IMG/VR virus record: IMGVR_UViG_2918249483_000002
Span: 20,715 to 84,714 of that record
DNA length: 64,000 nucleotides
Origin: a virus
Lineage: Duplodnaviria > Caudoviricetes
Reading direction: 5' to 3' (one strand)
This document shows positions 27,430 through 36,707 of the stretch, one piece after another; position 1 is the first letter of the stretch; each line of letters begins with the position of its first letter. The translations under genes were made by a program, and so were the position numbers. A model generated the notes under the pieces. It worked only from the letters and a program-made list of their open reading frames with translations, was not told the DNA's origin and made no database searches.

Positions 27430-27677
27430 GCCGGAGAGCGAAGGTTCCCAGTGCGGCCCAAGCCAAGCGGATCGCCTATCTGTGGGGCGGAGGCAAGTCG
27501 TTTCCACATTACGCGACGTTGAACGCAACGAATGACGTTCTGGTCAGAGAGGGGTGGGTGGAGTCCGTGGGGGAGGAGATCACCTTTCCCAATGGGGCAA
27601 AGGGCGCCGTCTACGCTGTCAGCGCGGCGGGGGTAGAAGCTCTGGGGGCTTTCCTGGCGTCGCGGCGACCGGACTGA
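27426..27677 (+). CDS. hypothetical wHTH-like protein
   Basis: 83 aa, ATGA coupling, LVREGWV..YAVSAAG. Confidence 0.55.
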   Translation: MSRRAKVPSAAQAKRIAYLWGGGKSFPHYATLNATNDVLVREGWVESVGEEITFPNGAKGAVYAVSAAGVEALGAFLASRRPD

Positions 27678-27686
27678 GGAGGCAAC

Positions 27687-27956
27687 ATGGCGGTCTACGT
27701 CGACAAGCAGCGCAACCGCTACCGGGGGATGGTCATGTGCCACATGCTGGCTGACACACTGGAGGAGCTGCACGCGATGGCCGACAGAATCGGTATGCGG
27801 CGGGAGTGGTTCCAGGGTGATGCCTCCACGCCGCACTATGACGTGTGCCTCACCCGTCGTTCACTCGCAATTCAGTATGGCGCGGTGGAGATTGGCCGGC
27901 GGGAAACCGTCGCGTTGATACGACGGCTCCGTCTATTACGCTACGTCAGTGCCTGA
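27687..27956 (+). CDS. DUF4031 family protein
   Basis: [37 protein letters not shown]. Confidence 0.88.
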   Translation: MAVYVDKQRNRYRGMVMCHMLADTLEELHAMADRIGMRREWFQGDASTPHYDVCLTRRSLAIQYGAVEIGRRETVALIRRLRLLRYVSA

Positions 27957-27970
27957 TCAAGTGGCGAGCT

Positions 27971-28750
27971 TCAGAAGAGGCTGCCCGGCAGAACCTCGAT
28001 TGCCTCCACCACGATGGTTTCGCCGCGCTTCTCGCCGGTGACCTTGAGTACCCGACCATGGTAACCCTCGGCCTGCCCCCTGCTGAGCGGAGGGGAGGTT
28101 CGCCACGATCCGCCCCATTCATGAGGTGGCGCCCCTGTTCCCATGAGGTCGTATTCGAGGAACAGCGGACGGTCGAGATTGCGAAGGGATACGCTGGCAA
28201 GCCAACTGCCGTGCATTTCCTCCGCGGGCACCTGCTCGACCTCCTCAACCGGCCACACGTCCTCCGGAAATCCGGAGCGCAGAGCTTCTGCGGCGCCCGG
28301 AATGGCGTCGCGGTCGAAGACCCACCAATCCATCAGCACCCGCGTCGCGCTGTTTGGTGGCAGATCCTCATTCGGGATTCCGATGGACGTGCGCATCACC
28401 AGTGCGTTTTTGTACAGGACGGCATGGATGGCAAGGATGTGCTGGCCCGACGCCGCTTTCCCCTCCAGGACCGCAGAGGGGGCGCCACCACTATAGCTGC
28501 TCTCCGCTTCGGGCCAGATCGAGGAGGTATTGTCCAGGCAAAGCGGCAAGGCGGCCTGCAGCGCGGCGACGAGCTTCCGCCGGATAGTGGCATTGGAAAT
28601 TCTGTAAGTTCGTGTCCCGTCATCAGCAAACCGGAGCGTTACCGCTGCGCGCCCATCTGGCAGCGTCTCCGCAGATACATGGCGAACATGCGAGCAGAGA
28701 ATGGCTTCGGTATAGGTGTGGTCGATGAAGTAGACGGGCGAGTGGAACAT
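27971..28750 (-). CDS. hypothetical protein (moron, opposite strand)
   Basis: 259 aa ORF with GAGG RBS, lower GC. Confidence 0.55.
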   Translation of the reverse strand: MFHSPVYFIDHTYTEAILCSHVRHVSAETLPDGRAAVTLRFADDGTRTYRISNATIRRKLVAALQAALPLCLDNTSSIWPEAESSYSGGAPSAVLEGKAASGQHILAIHAVLYKNALVMRTSIGIPNEDLPPNSATRVLMDWWVFDRDAIPGAAEALRSGFPEDVWPVEEVEQVPAEEMHGSWLASVSLRNLDRPLFLEYDLMGTGAPPHEWGGSWRTSPPLSRGQAEGYHGRVLKVTGEKRGETIVVEAIEVLPGSLF

Positions 28751-28909
28751 AGGGCCTCACGCTTGAGCAAGTGGGTTGCCGGCACTGCGGCACTCCGTCG
28801 TAAACCACAGCCTAGCACGCCTCGCGTGGCAACTGCGCGCACTCATGCCGCAGCGCTCTGACGGCGGTGACCATGAGCGGCGTTCGGACATATCGGATTT
28901 TCTGGAAAA

Positions 28910-29271
28910 TCAGATGGGGGCTTTGTCCCACGGGCGCAGCCCCGCCAGCCGCTCGACCAGCGCCACCTCGGCCGAGAAATCGGCCGCTCCGCCGTCGAGG
29001 TCCTCGGCGATCTCCTCCGCCAGCTCCCAGATCGGCTCGCGCGGCGTGACGGTTCCCGCGCCGTAGCCGTTGACCACGGCCATGGCCATGGCGTGCAGCC
29101 GGAGCAGCTGCGCCCGCACCCGCAGCCGGCGCGCTTCCGAAATGTCGTCGCTGCGGTCCACCGCATCGACGGCGCGGAGCAGGTCGGCGGCGGCGGGAGC
29201 GTTCGCGCTTGCAGCCGGTCCAGGGTTTCCTGGTCGACCGGGCCATACCGCGTCTCAATCGTCTTGCTCAT
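28910..29271 (-). pseudogene. TnpC-like (Tn3-family regulator) gene, frameshifted
   Basis: MSKTIETRYGPVDQETLDRLQ then frame change to ADLLRAVDAVD..LLRLHAMAMAVVNG..EPIWELAEEI, resembling TnpC. Confidence 0.5.
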
Positions 29272-29322
29272 GCGCTCCCCTTATCACATCCGGCCGCAAG
29301 CGCGAACGCTCCCGCCGCCGCC
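29186..29322. repeat. 33-bp inverted repeat (29186-29218 / 29290-29322), 1 mismatch
   Basis: GGCGGCGGCGGGAGCGTTCGCGCTTGC(A/G)GCCGG on opposite strands. Confidence 0.9.
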
Positions 29323-29657
29323 TCCCACAGCGCCACCACCCGCTCGCCGGTCCAGCACAGCTGACGGCGCGCCAGCCCGGCCGCCTCCTCGATGGTGAGC
29401 GCGCGCACGGTCACTGTCTCGACGCCATCGCGCCGCAGGATCACCGCGCGCCAGTCCACTTTGTGGGCCTCGCGGTCGGCCGCCGCCGTCTCGGCCCGGA
29501 TCTGTGCCGGCGACTTCCACGCCCAGGTCCGGGCGATCAGGTCGGCGCCGGCCTCGGTCAGCGCCCAGCCCTGGCCACCGCGCGGCCCCGGCGCCGGCAC
29601 CGCCAGCCCGCGCGCCACCCACGCCGCGGTCAATTCGGCCACGCGCTCCTTGGTCAT
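29268..29657 (-). CDS. hypothetical protein (wHTH-like, possibly 5'-truncated)
   Basis: 129 aa, RGLA..GPRGGQGWALTEAG; very high GC. Confidence 0.45.
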   Translation of the reverse strand: MTKERVAELTAAWVARGLAVPAPGPRGGQGWALTEAGADLIARTWAWKSPAQIRAETAAADREAHKVDWRAVILRRDGVETVTVRALTIEEAAGLARRQLCWTGERVVALWEAAAGAFALAAGCDKGSA

Positions 29658-30201
29658 CGGCGTCCGCTGGTCGCGGAACGTCAGCTGGGCGGCGACGTCG
29701 GCCGCTGAGCGCCGCCGCCCTGGTGGCCGTTCTAAGCAGAGGGGACGGGAGGCGCCGCGGCGATATCGCTGGCTGCCGCCTCTCAGACTGCCCCCCGTTA
29801 CTTCCGTGGGACCTAGTTCCTACGGCCGAGGTCATCCCCCCTACGGGCTTTCCGGCTATCAAACCAGACTGCCTAGAAAGCTTCAGACTGGACACCAGAT
29901 TCAGAATCGTACCGCCGGACGGTGCTTTGTCCGGCGGTCGATCCCGCAACCCCAAAAGTGGAGACCACGACGCTCGACATCGCGGTAAGCCTGCGCGTCC
30001 GCCTGCGCGTTCGCCGCTGGACGCTCACCGTCAGCTTCGGCCGCCGGTGAGCGACAACGGGAGCGGTGTTCGCCCACCGCTCCCGTTCCTTGATGTCGTT
30101 CCGAAAGACGCCGTTGCAAGGCGGCGTCTGGCCATCCGCCGAGCCCCCCCCGAACGCCCGGCATATGCGCCTCAGCACCAGAGACCTCGGCCCTCGCCCG
30201 A

Positions 30202-30510
30202 TCAGTCGATCAGGCTGCCCTCGACCTGTTGCACCACAGCCGCGTTGACAGCGATGCAGTCGCCTGTTGCGCGGCTGTCCGCCCCGAGCGTCAGCCAGTA
30301 CACGGAGGGAAAGGCGCCGGCCGTGGCGTTGAACAGATGCACCACCAGCTTTCCGTCGGCGCTGATGGCTTCGCACTGGCCGGTGACGTGCCCGCCCCCC
30401 GGGTTGGTAGCCGAAAAGGTTCCATCGTCGAATTCCACCTTCACAGTCCAGGGGTGGGGGTGTCCCGGCGTGCGCGTGGTACCTTCGAAACGCTTCCACA
30501 TGATGGACAT
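30202..30510 (-). CDS. hypothetical beta-rich protein
   Basis: GGAGAGG RBS, MSIMWKRFEG..; promoter-like AT-rich region upstream. Confidence 0.6.
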   Translation of the reverse strand: MSIMWKRFEGTTRTPGHPHPWTVKVEFDDGTFSATNPGGGHVTGQCEAISADGKLVVHLFNATAGAFPSVYWLTLGADSRATGDCIAVNAAVVQQVEGSLID

Positions 30511-30924
30511 GGACGTTTCCTCTCCGCTGTTCGCGTGCGGCGTGATCGCGCACGCACTCACCATTGTCCTGAATGCAACGTTTCCTCCGCAAAGGTTTAT
30601 CTTGGGTCACCAATAGCCAATTCTGCCTAGTACGGCTTAGGTGTTTTTCCGTTTTCGGCGGTTCCGCCGCGCCCGGCACTCCATTCGTTGGGTTGGGTCT
30701 TCACGACTCACAACCCGACTGGCGAATGCCGCGACGGGCGCCGGAGCGGCCTTGCCCCCTACCAGACGAGGCGACTGGCGGGGCGGCAGAACGCGGGCTC
30801 GAACGCGACGCTGTTCGAGGCGAGGCTGGCGGCGTTCTGGCTGTTGTCGATGTTGATGCGGTAGGGCTCCGGGTCGCCGATCAGCGCCGTGACGAAGTCG
30901 TTGGCGATCACATAAGACCCTGAT

Positions 30925-31207
30925 CCACCCCGGAAGCCCCAGCACCGACCGGCTGCACGCCACCTACCTCGGCACCCCGCACGATCCCGGCCCCATCACC
31001 ATCCGGCGGCTGCGCCTCGCCCCTCCCAAGATCGGGGCGGAGGAGACCGCGGCGATTTACGCCCGGCAGGATGCGATCGATCAGGCCCGGGCGCGCGACA
31101 TCCTATTCCGCTGGGCCGAGGAGGAGGACGCCCGTTCCAAGAAGATCTGGGCGGACCACCTCAGGGACTACCTCAAGGATCACCCCATGCCGCCGCGCTC
31201 GACCTGA
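30925..31207 (+). pseudogene. gene fragment without start codon
   Basis: High-GC3 frame PEAPSTDRLHATYLG..WADHLRDYLKDHPMPPRST* begins right after a stop. Confidence 0.35.
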
Positions 31208-31455
31208 TCCGGAGGCTCGACCACCGCGCTCCCGAACGGCGCCGTCCACGCGAACCGCGGTCAGGCGATTTGAGGATTGACAACGGCCCCTCTCGGCGTA
31301 TATACAAAACGTATTGACGATATGGAGGTGTTTCAGCACCCCCATATCGCCATGTCCTCCGCGCGGGAATCCTGCCCGCGTGATCTTAGAAGGAAGCGAA
31401 TCGATGATTGATTTCAACCTGGGCCTGAGGCCGCGAAACCTGTGTGAGGAAGAGA

Positions 31456-31758
31456 ATGGAATTCGAATGGAACGCTGAAAAGGCCGAAAAGAACCTTAAA
31501 AATCACAAGGTTGACTTTGAGAAGGCTATTTGTGTATTCGAGGGGCCAACGGTGGAGCGGGTCGATCCGCGCAACTACGGTGGCGAAACTCGGTTTGTAA
31601 CTTTTGGAATTGTGGACGGCCGTCTTCTGGCGGTGGTCTACACTTGGCGCGGCAACACCTGCCGCATCATATCGGCAAGAAAGGCCAACGAACGTGAGCA
31701 ACGAGCGTATCATTCGGCGCTCCTTAGTCACGGCTCGGAAACCGACAGCTCCGACTGA
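31456..31758 (+). CDS. brnT: BrnT family toxin
   Basis: MEFEWNAEKAEKNLKNHKVDFEKA..F..GETRF..G..VVYTWR..RIISARKAN.RE. Confidence 0.93.
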   Translation: MEFEWNAEKAEKNLKNHKVDFEKAICVFEGPTVERVDPRNYGGETRFVTFGIVDGRLLAVVYTWRGNTCRIISARKANEREQRAYHSALLSHGSETDSSD

Positions 31759-32020
31759 ATGGTCGGAGTTTGATGCCCAGACCGATGCCGACATCGAGGT
31801 CGCTGTTCGCAGCGACCTCGATGCCGCTCCCTTGGCCGACGACGCATGGTTTGAAACCGCCCGCGTCGTCGAACCCAACACCAAGCAGGCGGTGAGCATT
31901 CGGCTGGACCGAGACGTGCTGGAGTGGTTCCGCACCCACAGCGACCGTTACCAGACCAAGATGAACAACGTTCTCCGTGCCTATATGGAGCACGAAAAGC
32001 GCGCCAGAACCGGCGCCTAA
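31694..32020 (+). CDS. brnA: BrnA family antitoxin
   Basis: TDADI..D.D..KQAVSIRLDRDVLEWFR..YQTKMNNVLRAYM. Confidence 0.92.
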   Translation: MSNERIIRRSLVTARKPTAPTEWSEFDAQTDADIEVAVRSDLDAAPLADDAWFETARVVEPNTKQAVSIRLDRDVLEWFRTHSDRYQTKMNNVLRAYMEHEKRARTGA

Positions 32021-32036
32021 CCCTCTCCCCCAACCG

Positions 32037-32069
32037 ACAAAGGCGCTCCGCGAACCGGGGCGCCTTTGT
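32037..32069. terminator. bidirectional terminator-like hairpin
   Basis: ACAAAGGCGC..GCGCCTTTGT. Confidence 0.65.
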
Positions 32070-32467
32070 CATGTTCGCGGCGACAGAGTATGGGCGTTAT
32101 GGAACGCCCCCCCCAGGCTCACGTCGCCGCCGGGCGTCCAACCGCTCGCGCTCTGCCGTCGCTAGGGTGATCCAGTACCGCCGATGCCGAATCCTGCCAC
32201 TCGTCGGCGCGCTGCGCCAGAGCCTCGAAGCGGGACGCCACCCCCCTCGGTTACTCCGGCCGCGCGCCCCGCCTCGACCAGCACGTCGACGGAGGCGGGC
32301 TTGTTAGTCTTTCGCATCATCGTCTTCTTGGATGGTGCGCGGCAGGCAACCTCGCAGGCTCTGGCCCGGCGCCGAGTGATTTGATACGGTTGTGATGGTG
32401 TCAAGAATTGTGGCTGCTGCTCCCAAAAGCCGCACGGGGGTGCGAGGCCCGAAAGCCGTAGGCGGGG

Positions 32468-33358
32468 TCAGGCGACGTCGTCGATATGCCGAAACCCGAG
32501 GAACACCGGCAGTCGTGGTCGATCCTTGGTACCGCAGGGCTGATACTTCACCTTGACCAGCTTCCCGACGAGGCCGTCGCGGCTCGACCAGAGTTCTGCA
32601 CGCTGCGCATCGGAGAAGCCGGATCCGACATTGAACGGGAGATCGAAGGACGGGGCGCGACAGACCAGAGCGCCAAGGATGCCGGCGGCCAACAGGCCCT
32701 CACGGCTGATGCTGCGTTCGGTGTAGCCGAGGGCGTTGACGGTGGCGGCGTTGGCGTTCCGGTGCAGCTCCTCCACGCCGATTACCTCGGCCTCGAAGTC
32801 GACGAACCGCTTCAGCTTCAGCAACCCGGCTTCCGCCAGTGTGGAGCGGCCGAACTTGTAGGCGGCATCGGGGCGGCGGAGCATGACGCCCTCGTACCCC
32901 GCGCTGAGGCATTCTGCCTCAAACGCTTCCAGGTCGGCCGGGCAGGTCACCAAGCGCTGTTCGACGATCCGGACGAAGGGTGGGAGATCCCTGCCGCGCA
33001 GCTGCTGCAGGCGGTCCGAAAAGCCCTGGGAGGGGTCGGACAGGTCGTCGAAGACATGGAAGGTGAAGGCGGGCTTGCCCTTCTTGGTCATGATGGCGGA
33101 GGTGGAAACGCTGAACGCATCGAAGGCCGTCGGATCGCCGGCCGTGATCTCGCCGTCCAGGTCGCGCAACCCCTCAGCCGCGAGCATGGCGCGGATGTGC
33201 TCGTTCGGGATCGGGCGCAGCGTGTTGGACAGCGCACCTGCGTCGGGGCGGGTCACGCAACGGATCCCATCAATCTTGGGCGATGCGAGGAGGGGATAGG
33301 GGAGGTCGGTGATCGAGCCGGCGGATTCGGCGCGCATGGGCTTGAACGGCTTGTCCAT
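32468..33358 (-). CDS. ATP-dependent DNA ligase (minimal phage type)
   Basis: SPKIDGIR (KxDG), LDGEI, FHVFD, GYEGVMLR, LLKLK, PRLPVFLGFR. Confidence 0.93.
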   Translation of the reverse strand: MDKPFKPMRAESAGSITDLPYPLLASPKIDGIRCVTRPDAGALSNTLRPIPNEHIRAMLAAEGLRDLDGEITAGDPTAFDAFSVSTSAIMTKKGKPAFTFHVFDDLSDPSQGFSDRLQQLRGRDLPPFVRIVEQRLVTCPADLEAFEAECLSAGYEGVMLRRPDAAYKFGRSTLAEAGLLKLKRFVDFEAEVIGVEELHRNANAATVNALGYTERSISREGLLAAGILGALVCRAPSFDLPFNVGSGFSDAQRAELWSSRDGLVGKLVKVKYQPCGTKDRPRLPVFLGFRHIDDVA

Positions 33359-33412
33359 GGTGGTTCTCCATCAGGTATCGACGAACCGGCCGGCGCTGCG
33401 CCGGTGCGGGGG

Positions 33413-33652
33413 TCAGACGGGGAGGGAGGAGGGGTCGGCGAACTGGGGCTGGCCGTTGAGCAGGTCCGACGCGGCTTGGAGTTCGTCGCGATCGGCGCAG
33501 CAGATGCGAAGAAGTTCGTCGTACCGCTTCAGCGTTGCGACCGAACCGATCCATCGGCCGCCCAGATGGGCTTCGAGCTTGCGCGCTGAAACCCGGGTGA
33601 TGCTGTAGTCCTGGAAGTCGAAGCTGGAGCCGACCGCGATGTGAAAGGCCAT
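33413..33652 (-). CDS. hypothetical protein
   Basis: 79 aa, GAGG RBS (MAFHIAVG..). Confidence 0.55.
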   Translation of the reverse strand: MAFHIAVGSSFDFQDYSITRVSARKLEAHLGGRWIGSVATLKRYDELLRICCADRDELQAASDLLNGQPQFADPSSLPV

Positions 33653-33768
33653 GGTTCGCCTCAGAGAAAGGCCGCCGGACCCGTGAGCCCGGCGGCAAGT
33701 CGATCCGGAATGCATCGCGCGGGGAGCGCGGTGCGGGCGGTGCGGTAGGAGCCGCGTTTTTCCTCGTT

Positions 33769-34347
33769 TCAGGCGTAGCTGGACTCGTGATGGCCGCGGT
33801 AAATCCGCATGGAGCCGACCTCCGTGAAATCGGTCCGGGTCGCCCATTGGCAGTCGGAAATCTTGATGCCGTTGGCCTGGGCCTTCCGGCGGATGGGTTC
33901 GCCGACATACTCGCCGGGCTGCGGGGCGGTCAGTTCCTGGCACCACCCGGTGCTCTTGCGGACCTTTGCGACCTGACGCAACACCACCATGGCGCCGCGG
34001 ACCTCGACAACTTCGAAATACTCGACGTTCGTCTGCTCGTAGCCCCAGCACGTGTTGAGGATGTCACCAACCTTGTAGTCGTTCTGGTACTGGCGCCGCT
34101 CGTCGCGCCGCTTCTGCGCAGCGGCAAGCGTCTTCCGTCGGGATTCGAAGTACATGACAACGCACTTTTCCCGGCGGGCGGCGCTGCTGAAGGAGAAATG
34201 GTAATCGGGTTTCCCGGCCTTGCCATGGTAGCCGATGGCCATCAGGCGCCCATTGCGCTCGTAGATGTAGGCCACGGCGTCGGACTGCTTGTCGGTCACC
34301 TTGACGGCGCCGGGCGGGGTGTAGCGGGGGAGATTGCGGGAAGCCAT
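33769..34347 (-). CDS. conserved-looking hypothetical MGE protein
   Basis: GAGG RBS; GDIL..WGYEQTNVEYFEV motif, ends SSYA. Confidence 0.7.
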   Translation of the reverse strand: MASRNLPRYTPPGAVKVTDKQSDAVAYIYERNGRLMAIGYHGKAGKPDYHFSFSSAARREKCVVMYFESRRKTLAAAQKRRDERRQYQNDYKVGDILNTCWGYEQTNVEYFEVVEVRGAMVVLRQVAKVRKSTGWCQELTAPQPGEYVGEPIRRKAQANGIKISDCQWATRTDFTEVGSMRIYRGHHESSYA

Positions 34348-34446
34348 GATCTGCCTCTTCGGGTGCGCCATGAAGGGCGTAGGGGAATTTGGGAGGGACG
34401 GTGCAGCCATCGCGTATGCGGGCTGGGATCGGGTCCCGATGGCTCA

Positions 34447-34770
34447 CATATAGCGAACAAAGTTCGCTCCGTCAACGGGAAAGCTCGGCTTGTGCGAAAA
34501 AAGTTCGCGCGGTATATTCTGTTGATGGACAGGCAGCAATTCGAGGCGTGGCGCCAGGAAATGGGCCACACCTCAACGACCCAAACCGCTGAAACCTTAG
34601 GGGTTACGAAGCGTCTCGTTGAAATGTATCGGGCCGGCGGGAAGCCGGTTAGCCGAACGGTTGAGCTTTTGTGCGAAGCGCTGCGCCGGCTGAACAGGAT
34701 TGATGCGGCAGTGCGAGGCGAAAAAAGTTCGCAGCAATAGCTTGCGGAAGCGAAAATAGTTCGCTACGAT
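34447..34770. promoter_or_regulatory. Four GCGAAMAWAGTTCGC operators overlapping three sigma70-like promoters
   Basis: Copies at 34453-34467, 34494-34508, 34718-34732, 34750-34764; minus TTGACG-17-TATATG, plus TTGTGC-17-TATATT and TTGCGG-17-TACGAT. Confidence 0.85.
34525..34740 (+). CDS. small HTH repressor (leaderless)
   Basis: MDRQQFEAWRQEMG..TQTAETLGVTKRLVEMYRAG.KPVSRTVELLC; ATG 7 nt after TATATT. Confidence 0.8.
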   Translation: MDRQQFEAWRQEMGHTSTTQTAETLGVTKRLVEMYRAGGKPVSRTVELLCEALRRLNRIDAAVRGEKSSQQ

Positions 34771-34829
34771 CGTTCCCAGATGAAACACGCGTTCGCTTTG
34801 GCTGAGCGCGCCTCACTGGAGATACCGCG

Positions 34830-36152
34830 ATGTCGCAGATGCCCGCCGCCGCCTTCGGAACCACTGCCTTCCAGTGCGGTGCGCACCGGGCGGAAGTCAC
34901 CATCGAGAGCGATCGCCGCACCTATCGCGTCGGTCGCCTGCGGATCGTCCAGTACGCCGCGCACAAGCCCGACGGCGGGCTGCCGTTGTTCAGCGAAGAG
35001 GCTGACACAGCCCGCGACCGCATCCTAGCCAAGGCCGGAAAGCGTCGTCACAAGCCGTCGAAGGCCGGTGGGGCTGGCCGGGTTGATCGCATGGATCAGC
35101 AGCGCATGGCGATCGAGTATGCCCGCTGGCTGGCTGTCCGCGACGGGATCGACCTGCCGTTATCCTGCAAAGGGGTGGTGTCCTACGAATCGGTTCAGGT
35201 GCCTGGCGCAACGCGTGCGGAGTGCCGTCCCTTCCAGGTCACTTTCTGGTCAGATGTGAAGTACACCCGCTATGGGCAGAGGGAGGAGGCCGCCGGTGAG
35301 GTGCTGGCGCGGATCGAGATCCCGCACTGGGATCACGTCCCGACGGTGGAGGAGGTGAGCATCGAGCCAGAGCAGGCGCAGCCGAGCGACGTTTCGCACG
35401 CGGCCGGCGCTGAAGTCGTGGCCGCTGAGCAGAACGACACCCCCGCTCCCATCGCGGCGGACGCGCCTTGCGCGGTGTATGTGGTCGCGGTTGAGGCAAC
35501 ACCGGCCGGGATGGCGGCCCACGCTACGGTGCACGTGGTCACCCATCTCGCGCCCCTGGGGGAGGCTGGCACCTTTACGTGCGCCAGTTCCATCCTTGGC
35601 GACACCCCTCGGTATCGAGGGGGAGGGGCGGCCGACAAGGCTCATGCCCATGGTGTCAGAGCCGCAGTAGCGCACGCGACCAAGGCCCATGGAGTGGGCA
35701 GGGTTTACGCCGTGGACTCGTTCGATGCGCTGCGAAGCGTGCTCGCCAGATGGGCTGAGGAGGCGGCGGCGCGGTCGGAGACAGGGAAGACGGAAGCCCC
35801 GGCCAACGATGGCAGTGCGGCACCCCAGCGCCTGGAAAATGTTACCCATGAGGTAACGAAACTCTTGCGCCCCGTCTCGCGTAATGTTACCTATAAGGTA
35901 ACAGACGGGGGCAAGAATGCCGATCACGGCCATCAAGCACAAGGGGTTACGAGAGCTGTTCGAGAAAGGGCGTTCCGGCAAGGTCGCGAAGAACCTGCAG
36001 GCCAACGCCATTCTCATCATGGACCATCTGGACGCAATCGCGTCGCTGGAAGACTGCGAGGGGGTCAAGGATTTTCACCCCCTCAAAGGCGACCGCCTAG
36101 GCGAGTACAGCATGCACGTGTCCGGAAACTGGTGCATCACGTTCACTTTTGA
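34830..36152 (+). CDS. hypothetical protein (C-terminus overlaps higB, probably spurious extension)
   Basis: GGAG RBS downstream of operator-controlled promoter; last ~100 codons run through the higBA promoter and higB. Confidence 0.45.
   Translation: MSQMPAAAFGTTAFQCGAHRAEVTIESDRRTYRVGRLRIVQYAAHKPDGGLPLFSEEADTARDRILAKAGKRRHKPSKAGGAGRVDRMDQQRMAIEYARWLAVRDGIDLPLSCKGVVSYESVQVPGATRAECRPFQVTFWSDVKYTRYGQREEAAGEVLARIEIPHWDHVPTVEEVSIEPEQAQPSDVSHAAGAEVVAAEQNDTPAPIAADAPCAVYVVAVEATPAGMAAHATVHVVTHLAPLGEAGTFTCASSILGDTPRYRGGGAADKAHAHGVRAAVAHATKAHGVGRVYAVDSFDALRSVLARWAEEAAARSETGKTEAPANDGSAAPQRLENVTHEVTKLLRPVSRNVTYKVTDGGKNADHGHQAQGVTRAVRERAFRQGREEPAGQRHSHHGPSGRNRVAGRLRGGQGFSPPQRRPPRRVQHARVRKLVHHVHF
35841..35902. 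promoter_or_regulatory. higBA operators
   Basis: GTTACC-CATGA-GGTAAC (35841-35857) and GTTACC-TATAA-GGTAAC (35886-35902). Confidence 0.8.
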
Positions 36153-36195
36153 CGGAACGGATGTTACGATTCTGGACTTGGAGGACTATCACTGA
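35917..36195 (+). CDS. higB: HigB (RelE-like) toxin
   Basis: IKHKGLRELFE.G..FHPLKGDR.GEYS.HVSGNWCITF.F..LDLEDYH. Confidence 0.93.
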   Translation: MPITAIKHKGLRELFEKGRSGKVAKNLQANAILIMDHLDAIASLEDCEGVKDFHPLKGDRLGEYSMHVSGNWCITFTFDGTDVTILDLEDYH

Positions 36196-36524
36196 TGACC
36201 GAGCTTCGTCGTAACCGCCGCCCCTCCGTCCCCGGTGCGATCCTGAAGGCGCACTTCATGGAGCCGCGCGGTATCAGCGTGACGGCCTTGGCTGAGGCTC
36301 TGGGCCTCAGCCGTAAGCACGTCAGCCAGATCATCAACGGGCACAAGCGCGTGGAGCCGACCACGGCGGCCCGGCTGTCCAAGGTGCTCGGCACCACTCC
36401 GCGCTTCTGGCTGAACCTGCAGGCCGCCGTAGACGAATGGGATGCGTCGGAGGAGCTTGCCGACTGGACGCCGGTCGCGACCTTCGCGGCTCCGGCCGCG
36501 CCCGACCACATGGGGGCCGATTGA
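36195..36524 (+). CDS. higA: HigA antitoxin
   Basis: PGAILK..FMEP.GIS..LAEALG.SRKHVSQIING..A.RLS..LGTTP.FWLNLQ..D. Confidence 0.93.
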   Translation: MTELRRNRRPSVPGAILKAHFMEPRGISVTALAEALGLSRKHVSQIINGHKRVEPTTAARLSKVLGTTPRFWLNLQAAVDEWDASEELADWTPVATFAAPAAPDHMGAD

Positions 36525-36676
36525 ACCGCATGCCGACGGTGGTCGGCAACGGCTCCGACGTGTTGCGCGCCTGGCTCCAGGCGACCCGCAACGTTGGCCG
36601 CGCCGCTCCGCCGCCTTATGGCGCCGCCACCCCTCAGCGTCCCTGATCTAGCCCGTCCCGACCGCCTCGACGTACC

Positions 36677-36707
36677 AAAGCCCGGCCGCTGAAAAGCGCC
36701 GGGCTTT
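36677..36707. terminator. terminator-like hairpin
   Basis: AAAGCCCGG..CCGGGCTTT. Confidence 0.55.

Noticed and set aside
28910-29657. Intact Tn3 transposon
   Set aside because: No transposase, resolvase or GGGG-terminal inverted repeats recognised
29790-29900. oriT-like sequence
   Set aside because: Only a vague resemblance; no relaxase and no clear nic-adjacent inverted repeat
34453-34467. GAAC-AAA-GTTC as an SOS box
   Set aside because: Spacing fits neither the alphaproteobacterial nor the Gram-positive LexA consensus; better explained as the local HTH operator
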